From Octopus sinensis (lineage: Eukaryota): 6,876 nt of DNA. The DNA is taken from assembly GCF_006345805.1 (NCBI RefSeq), contig NW_021829149.1:1-6876 (forward strand), read 5' to 3'. Below, piece by piece: positions 1 through 6,164 of the stretch. Made by a program: the position numbers and the translations under genes. The stretch's first letter is position 1. Each line of letters starts with the position of its first letter. Below the pieces are notes generated by a model that searched no databases, had not been told where the DNA came from, and saw nothing but the letters and a program-made list of their open reading frames with translations.

Positions 1-497
1 ATAGAGCGAGAGAGAGAAGATTCATGCTGTTTATACACATATAATATATAAGCCTATGTGTTGTATACACTTTTTCTTTCACATCGTCATTGCTTCTACG
101 CGCACTGGCTTCGTTTATCCACGTGTGTATACACACATATCTATACATACATACATACACACACACGTACATATAAATTCTTGTTTCACTCTGCTTCGTT
201 GCAAGCTTACACGCGTATCCGCTTCACGCTGCCTATAGATATATAATCGCTTCGTGTATTTGTGTATACATATATATAAATATATATACACACATACACA
301 CAGCAATAATGTATGACAACGTACTCCATGAAAAATATGAAGTAGAAAGAAACGGATGTTAATTGCAAAAATCATTGTTATTTCTTTTTATATTTACTAT
401 TTTATGTGTTTTTATGTTTCACTTATGATAAAATCAATTTCACATATTAGAGTATAAATTTAAATATATCCATATAAACACACATGCATACACGCAA

Positions 498-528
<31 letters not shown>

Positions 529-530
529 TA

Positions 531-901
531 TACTCTTTAACTTGCTTCGGTCATTTGACTGCGGCCATGCTGGAGCACCGCCTTTAGTCGAGCAAATCGA
601 CCCCAGGAGTTTGTAAGCCTAGTACTTGTTCTATCGGTTTCTTTTGCCGACCCGCTAAGTACGGGGACATAACACACCAGCATCGGTTGTCAAGCAATGC
701 TAGGGGGACAAACCACGCAATATATATATATACATAGATACGACAGGCTTCTTTTCAGTTTCCGTCTACCAAATCCCTCACAAGGCTTTGGTCGCCCGAG
801 GCTATAGTAGAAGACACTTGCCCAAGGTGCCACGCAGTGGGACTGAACCCGGAACCATGTGGTTGGTTAGCAAGCTCCTAACCACACAGCCAATCCTGGC
901 C
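531..901 (-). mobile_element. tRNA-derived CORE-like SINE (octopus-type family A), near full length, inside the CPSF6 intron in sense orientation
   Basis: Its reverse complement aligns along its length with the copy at 6165-6592. Pol III box A TGGCTGTGTGG is at 892-882 and box B GGGTTCAGTCCC at 850-839. It has a CORE-like CACCTTGGGCAAGTGTCTT (829-811), an internal (AT)n and an AAGTTAAAGAGTA tail. Confidence 0.9.
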
Positions 902-1033
902 TATGTATATATAAATATTTCAAGAAAGCAATATCGTGTATATAAATTTTTGGAGAAAGTTCATGTATACAGATCAAGCAAGTATATATAGAGCAAGTTG
1001 CGCGCAGTGTAAACCAATTACAATATATATACA

Positions 1034-1167
1034 TGTGTGTGTGTGTGTGTGTATCAGTATACACACACGTTATTTTGTCTAGGCATATTCAGTGTTATAA
1101 ATACACGAAGCGTGTACGTATATATATGCGTGTTGTGTAAAGAGGAAATCGGTGTATACATATAAGT

Positions 1168-1217
<50 letters not shown>
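1034..1217. repeat. Microsatellites: (TG)n 1034-1052, (CA)n 1168-1189, (AT)n 1189-1217
   Basis: Directly visible dinucleotide runs. Confidence 0.95.
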
Positions 1218-1221
<4 letters not shown>

Positions 1222-1554
1222 GAATAAATCGTAGTGTATATATACAAATACAGGCGATCTTTCAAATATAGATAGTAGAACAATGCATTCATACAAGTAT
1301 ACATCCGTGTGTGCATATATATATATATATATCTATATATATAGATATATATACATACGGCAAGATGCGTATAGTGTATATGCGTGTAAACGAAAGAATA
1401 AGGAATGTGTAGATTTTCCCATAAATTGAACAAATACAAAATGTGTGAATAATTTGGTATACAACATATATCATATCATGGTAAATACAAATTCCTATTT
1501 TGCATTGTGCATATGTATGTATAATATAAAAGGCAATGTATGTATGTATTAACG

Positions 1555-1663
1555 TTTATATATATATATATATGTTGTGTGTGTATATATATGTATGTGT
1601 GTGTATATATCTATATGTGTGGTGGTGTGTGTATATATATAATGTGTGTGTGGTGTGTGTAGG

Positions 1664-1702
<39 letters not shown>

Positions 1703-1708
1703 ATATAT
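1555..1708. repeat. Compound (AT)n/(GT)n microsatellite
   Basis: Directly visible alternating AT and GT runs. Confidence 0.9.
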
Positions 1709-1895
1709 TAAAGCAAGTTGCGCGTAGCGTATAAAGAACGTAAGTGCATGCATATATATATTATAGACAAGGGAGGAAAATTGAGTGTATAGATTGTGTC
1801 CGTTAATCACGCATATAAATACATACGAGCCAATTCAGTATCTGTATAATTAAATATAATTATATACACGCACTATATAAATATATATACACACA

Positions 1896-2208
1896 CATTG
1901 CTGAGTGCATCTATATATATATATACACACACAGACATTGCATCTTATATATATATATTATACACACATACATTGCATATATATATATATACACACTACA
2001 TTGGCATCTTATATATATATAATAATATATAATACACACATACATTATCATATATATATATATATATACACACCACACACAATACATTACATCTAATATA
2101 TATATATATATATACACACATACACATACATTACATCTTAATATATATACACACATACATTACATCTAATATATATATAATTATTATATACACACAACAT
2201 TACATCTA

Positions 2209-2241
<33 letters not shown>

Positions 2242-2371
2242 TACATTACATCAATATATATATATATATATACACACATACACATACATTACATCTAGAT
2301 ATATAATATACACACATACATTACATCTAAGATATATATATATATATATATACACACATACATTACATCTA

Positions 2372-2404
<33 letters not shown>

Positions 2405-2493
2405 GACATTACATCTAATATATATATATAATTATACACACACACTACATTGCATCTATATATATATTATATATTATATACACACACATACAT

Positions 2494-2534
<41 letters not shown>

Positions 2535-2655
2535 TACATTACATCTAATATATATATATTATATATACACACACATACATTACATCTAATATATATATAT
2601 AGACACACCACATACATTGCATCTAATATATATATAATACCACATTCATTGCTGA
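1896..2655. repeat. Compound minisatellite: ~18 units of (AC)n-ATACATTACATCT-A(AT)n, typical unit ~30-50 bp
   Basis: By manual count there are 18 CATT(A/G)CAT-type cores between 1935 and 2625, separated by variable (AT)n and (AC)n. The 9-mer CATTGCTGA occurs at both ends (1896-1904, 2647-2655). Confidence 0.9.
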
Positions 2656-2850
2656 TATATATATATATATCAATATATATATAAATATATGCAAGGTTGT
2701 GTGCAGTGTGTATACAGAGATGCTAGGAAAATATTTGGGATACGGTTAGAGAGACACACATCAAGCAGAAGAATGAAATACGGTGTGTATTTGTGTCCAT
2801 TAAGTGGTCCATATTAATAAATAAGTGAAGCAAGTGTGTGATTAGAGAGT

Positions 2851-2883
2851 CAAGATGGCGTAAGAGGCCGGCAGTGCGCCATC
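2851..2883. promoter_or_regulatory. Candidate YY1-type motifs (CAAGATGGCG at 2851-2860; CGCCATC at 2877-2883, opposite orientation) in the proximal CPSF6 intron
   Basis: Matches the AAGATGGCG core and sits in a locally CpG-rich unique segment 130-160 nt into the intron. Motif match only. Confidence 0.35.
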
Positions 2884-3012
2884 ATAGAATCGCTAAATTT
2901 CATTAATTAACCCCATTTGCAGCCACATTTCACCAAACAAACACGAAATACATTTAGTATTCAGTGTACAATCACTCTCTAGTGACATCTCCATCGAAAG
3001 GAAGCGCCCTAC

Positions 3013-3069
3013 CTGGTTGAAATCCTCCTCCAAGTTGTCGTAAAGATCAATATCGACTCCTTCAGCCAT
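3013..3069 (-). CDS. CPSF6: First coding exon (19 codons, MAEGVDIDLYDNLEEDFNQ) of cleavage and polyadenylation specificity factor 6 / cleavage factor Im 68 kDa subunit homologue; the rest of the gene lies left of the window
   Basis: Manual translation of the reverse complement: ATG GCT GAA GGA GTC GAT ATT GAT CTT TAC GAC AAC TTG GAG GAG GAT TTC AAC CAG, followed by GTAGGG (phase-0 donor at 3012). The start context is AAAAAATGG. It aligns at 12/20 identities with the human CPSF6 N-terminus as I recall it (MADGVDHIDIYADVGEEFNQ), which I also recall ends its first coding exon at FNQ. No database search was run. Confidence 0.85.
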
Positions 3070-3249
3070 TTTTTCCCTCTCTTTTTGTTGTTGTTTGTTT
3101 TGTTTTATTTACTTTTTTAAGGTTTTTATTTTTTTTTTTTTTTCCGCTTGTCTCTTTTTTTTATTTTATTTTATTTTTATTTTTATTTGTTTATCTTATT
3201 GTGTTCGTTTGTCATTTTTTTATTTTGTTTTGTCTCCGAGAAGCGACAT
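3070..3249 (-). other. CPSF6: Putative 5' UTR portion of the CPSF6 ATG exon, bounded by a candidate splice acceptor at 3251-3250
   Basis: The minus strand reads TTTCTCACTCCTGCAACTCTCTCACTTTCTCCAAATCCAG|ATGTCG. It has a long pyrimidine tract, a CTCAC branch-like motif about 30 nt upstream, and no AG between 3335 and 3252. A transcription start here, rather than an acceptor, cannot be excluded. Confidence 0.45.
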
Positions 3250-3720
3250 CTGGATTTGGAGAAAGTGAGAGAGTTGCAGGAGTGAGAAATAGAAACGGTA
3301 AGACAATAAAGCGGGTGAGTTGTAGAAAGAGTAGGCTTGTAATACAATGGAAGAAAAGCATAACAATTAGACAGAGGAGTAGTCAGAGAGAGAAAGAGAA
3401 TAAAAGTAGGACAAGCGAGTGAGTGACATTTAAAAAGAGTAGAAGTAAAAGAGAGTGAAAAAGAGAAAGTGAGCAAGCTAAGGGAAGACAACTCGCTATT
3501 CTGACTTCGTTCTTTGTCTTCTCCTCCCTTTACTTCCTCCTCCTCTATTTCATTATATCTTTACTCTCTTTATTTCCTCTATCTCTCCCTCCTCTTATTT
3601 TCTTATTCTGTTATCTCTCGCTCCTCCTTCCCTCCCCTCGTCTCAAACTCTAATTCTATTTCTTCTCTTTCTACTTCCCCTTCCTCCTCTCGTCTTAGTT
3701 AATTATTTCTCTTTCTCTTC

Positions 3721-4062
3721 TTAATTTCCCTCCTCCCCTCTCTATTTATTATTCTATCTTCACTCCATCCTACTTCTCACTCTCGTTATCTCCATTTCCT
3801 CCTACTTCTCTTCTGCTGTTTCTTCTCTCTCTCTTTCTCCTCCTCCTCTGTTGTCCCCTTTATTTCTTACAACTTTCTCTTTCTTTCTCTTCTTAATTTC
3901 CCTCCTCCTCTCTCTATTTATTATTCTGTCTTCACTCCCTCCTACTTCTCACTCTCTTCATTTCCACTTCCTCTCACTTATCTTCTGCTCTTTCTTCTCT
4001 CTCCTTCTCCTCCTCCTCCGTTGTCCTCTTTATTTCTTACACCTTTCTCCTTCTTTCCTTCT
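3721..4062. repeat. Two tandem copies (~171 bp) of a polypyrimidine (+)/polypurine (-) unit within a low-complexity tract spanning ~3510-4095
   Basis: TTAATTTCCCTCCTCC(C/T)CTCTCTATTTATTATTCT starts at 3721 and 3893. TATTTCTTAC occurs at 3861 and 4031. Confidence 0.85.
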
Positions 4063-4550
4063 CTTACTTCTACACCTCCTCCTCCTCCACCCCCCTTCCA
4101 TTACAAACAAAGCAAGCAGAAGGTCGTTCGCTGTCACGCCGTCTGTTGGTGAAACAAAGAAATTACGAGCTGTACACTAACTGACAACTCTTGCCTAACA
4201 CAACCTTTACGTGGTCGCTCAACATACTAGAAATAGTAGCTAAATCCGCATCAAATCACAGAGTTTATCATTTGAAATGAAGGAAACGACACATGAGACT
4301 ACATTTTTACATATAGAAAGATTTGCCAATAAAATAAATTACCAAATCGATGTCATTTCTCTCAACAAAGAAATTCTCTATAAATAAAATATGATTATTT
4401 AAATTAATTTAATGTTATAAAATAAAAACACTAATTTTCTTTATTAATAATGTTTAAGGCGGCGAGGTGGTCGAATCGTTACCGCGCCGGCCAAAATGTT
4501 GTCCTTATGCTCTGAGTACTAATTCCGCCGAGGTCTATTTTACCCTCCAT

Positions 4551-5204
4551 GGACCTTTTCGGTTTGACCGGCAGTTTTTTAAAAATAATTTCCACGTAAC
4601 TAAACACTTTTAAACTTCGTATACTGGTAGAATGTGTTTATAAAACATCTTTTTCTCTTGGCTTTATTGAGAAATTCTATACTTTGTAAGATATTTGTTG
4701 TTGTTTTCTTCAATTTCTGCAATTTCAACCAATCAATGACGTCTATTGAGGTAAAAAAAAACATTCTGTGCCATATGAATATGTCCCTCGTTTAAGAAAC
4801 AGATTGGGTTTATTTACATTTGTGAAGTAAAAAAGATACCCTCCCCCCACCCCTAACCCTAAAACAGATTGAAATGCAATAGATCGATACTAGGGTCATA
4901 ATTATGGGTGACAATTTCATATGACCCCACTAGGAAAAACTGCTGTTCAAACCGAAAAGATTCATTTGTTGTTGTTTTTTCTTCAATTTCGGCAATTTCA
5001 ACCAATCAATGACGTCTATTGAGGTTAAAAAAAAAAACATTCTGTGCCGTATGAATATGTCCCTCGTTTAAGAAACAGATTGGGTTTATTTACATTTGTG
5101 AAGAAAAAATTGAAATGCAATAGATCGATACTAGGGTCATAATTATGGGTGACAATTTCATATGACACTGCTAGGAAAAACTGCCGTTCAAACCGAAAAG
5201 ATCC
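4551..5204. mobile_element. Non-autonomous DNA transposon (MITE) with 29-bp terminal inverted repeats and an imperfect 8-bp target-site duplication
   Basis: Left TIR 4551-4579 is GGACCTTTTCGGTTTGACCGGCAGTTTTT. The reverse complement of right TIR 5176-5204 is GGATCTTTTCGGTTTGAACGGCAGTTTTT (27/29 match). The flanks are CCCTCCAT (4543-4550) and CCTTTCAT (5205-5212), 6/8 identical. There is no transposase ORF. Confidence 0.85.
4693..5204 (+). repeat. Tandem duplication of the right part of the MITE including its right TIR (4693-4963 and 4964-5204)
   Basis: Both copies run ATTTGTTGTTG...CAATTTCAACCAATCAATGACGTCTATTGAGG...GAAAAACTGC(T/C)GTTCAAACCGAAAAGAT(T/C)C. They differ by a handful of substitutions and a ~33-bp indel. 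Confidence 0.9.
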
Positions 5205-5383
5205 CCTTTCATTCTCTAGGGGTCGATGAAATAAATACCAGTGAAGAACTGGGGTCCATGTGATTGACTAGCACCCTCCCTCAAAATTTCTGGCCTTGTG
5301 CCTATAGTAGAAACGAATAAGTCGAACATTTAATTGAATTTAATGTATATATTTTCCGTTATTTTTCAAATTCGATGTAAAAT

Positions 5384-5994
5384 CCAGCCTGATCCGGTCA
5401 GATCTGTGAGCAAAGACGTTCCAGCTGTGGCCATCCCGTCTTTTATTCAGGCATAGTGTATCTAGGACTACATTATCTAATGTAAAGTATAGTAGTTAGT
5501 ATTAGTGGCTATAGTTGTTGTTTAGCCCCAGGTCAGTCCTGATCCAGACAGACCTATGATCAAAGATGTTCCAACTGTGACCATCCCATCTTTCTTTCAG
5601 GCATAGTGTATCTAGTACAGTAGTTAGTATTAGTGACTATTATTGTTGTTGTTGTTGTTTATGTTTAGCCCTAGGTCAGTCCTGATCAAGCAGACCTATG
5701 ATCAAAGACGTTCCAGCTGTGACCATCCCATCTTTTATTCAGGCATAGTGTATCTAGGACTACATTATCTAATGTATAGTATAGTAGTTAGTATTACCAG
5801 CTATAGTTGTTGCTATTTAGCCCCAGGTCAGTTCTGATCCAGGCAGACCCATGATCAAAGATGTTCCACTTGTGACCATCCCATCTTATATTCAGGCATA
5901 GTGTATCTAGGACTACATTATCTAATGTATAATATAGTAGTTAGTATTTGTGACTATAGTTGCTGCTGCTATTGTTGTTTAGCCCCTGGTCAGT
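5384..5994. repeat. Tandem repeat, four units of ~143-162 bp, each containing a probable retroposon 3' end with (AAC)n tail on the minus strand
   Basis: The anchor CAGGCATAGTGTATCTAG starts at 5448, 5598, 5740 and 5893, and TTTAGCCC at 5521, 5664, 5816 and 5978. The minus strand reads GGGATGGTCACAG...TTTGATCATAGGTCTG...ATCAGGACTGACCTGGGGCTAAACAACAAC, which resembles a SINE/LINE tail. The tandem structure is certain; the retroposon origin is inferred. Confidence 0.9.
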
Positions 5995-6164
5995 AGGGTA
6001 CCAATCACTGGGATATCTTAATGAAATGCTTTCATCAGAAGAGATGATTGTAAGACCAACATTTGGAGCAAGGGCCATACTTAGTGTTGTTCGTGATTAA
6101 CCCTTTAAGTGCAAAATTAAATTTCAAGGTTTATCCAGTAATGATGCTAAATATTTTACCAAAA

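Larger units (their letters stand above)
1..3012 (-). other. CPSF6: Intron following the CPSF6 start-codon exon (continues beyond the left edge)
   Basis: Begins with GT at 3012-3011 on the minus strand. I found no continuation exon (expected acidic IDLYDD-like peptide or RRM) in 1-3012, only microsatellites, a SINE and a minisatellite. Confidence 0.75.
4458..5320 (+). mobile_element. Second tRNA-derived SINE (family B), degenerate, split into head (4458-4550) and tail (5205-~5320) by a MITE insertion
   Basis: Head GGCGGCGAGGTGGTCGAATCGTTA has a box A-like TGGTCGAATCG and a decayed box B GAGTACTAATTCC (4514-4526). The tail GGGGTCGATGAAATAAATACCAG...CTGGGGTCCATGTGATTGACT...TTTCTGGCCTTGTGCCTATAGTAGAAA joins the head once the insert is removed. 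Family recognition is from memory of octopus repeats. Confidence 0.75.

Noticed and set aside
788-991. 67-aa ORF MVARGYSRRHLPKVPRSGTEPG...
   Set aside because: It is the antisense reading of the SINE head and starts at a non-ATG codon; it is a common artefact ORF in SINE-rich genomes.
56-2445. ORF-track ORFs rich in Y/I/C/V/H/T (56-375, 867-1727, 1905-2445)
   Set aside because: They are translations of (AT)n/(GT)n/(AC)n microsatellites, which lack stops in some frames. There is no domain-like sequence.
1896-2655. CRISPR-like appearance (constant core with variable spacers)
   Set aside because: The spacers are only (AT)n/(AC)n length variants, the context is a eukaryotic intron and there are no cas genes.
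2855-2865. Plus-strand start or micro-exon (CAAGATGGC|GTAAGA)
   Set aside because: Unspliced it reads ATG GCG TAA. A plus-strand gene would run antisense through the CPSF6 start exon, and no downstream coding exon is visible. A YY1-like motif is the simpler explanation.
1-3012. Canonical intronic poly(A) site or intronic snoRNA in the CPSF6 intron
   Set aside because: No TTTATT or TTTAAT was found on the plus strand (sense AAUAAA/AUUAAA), and no convincing C/D or H/ACA box pair with terminal stem was seen.
3183-4180. S/L/F-rich and R/K/E-rich ORFs (3183-3491, 3201-3422, 3514-3702, 3851-4180)
   Set aside because: They are products of polypyrimidine/polypurine low-complexity DNA, mostly with non-ATG starts. 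The apparent hydrophobic segments are compositional.
4851-4862. Interstitial telomere (CCCTAA)2
   Set aside because: Only two units, internal to a MITE. It is treated as part of the G4 motif instead.
5384-5994. Hammerhead ribozyme/retrozyme tandem array
   Set aside because: I checked every CTGA on both strands and none fits the CUGANGA catalytic core.
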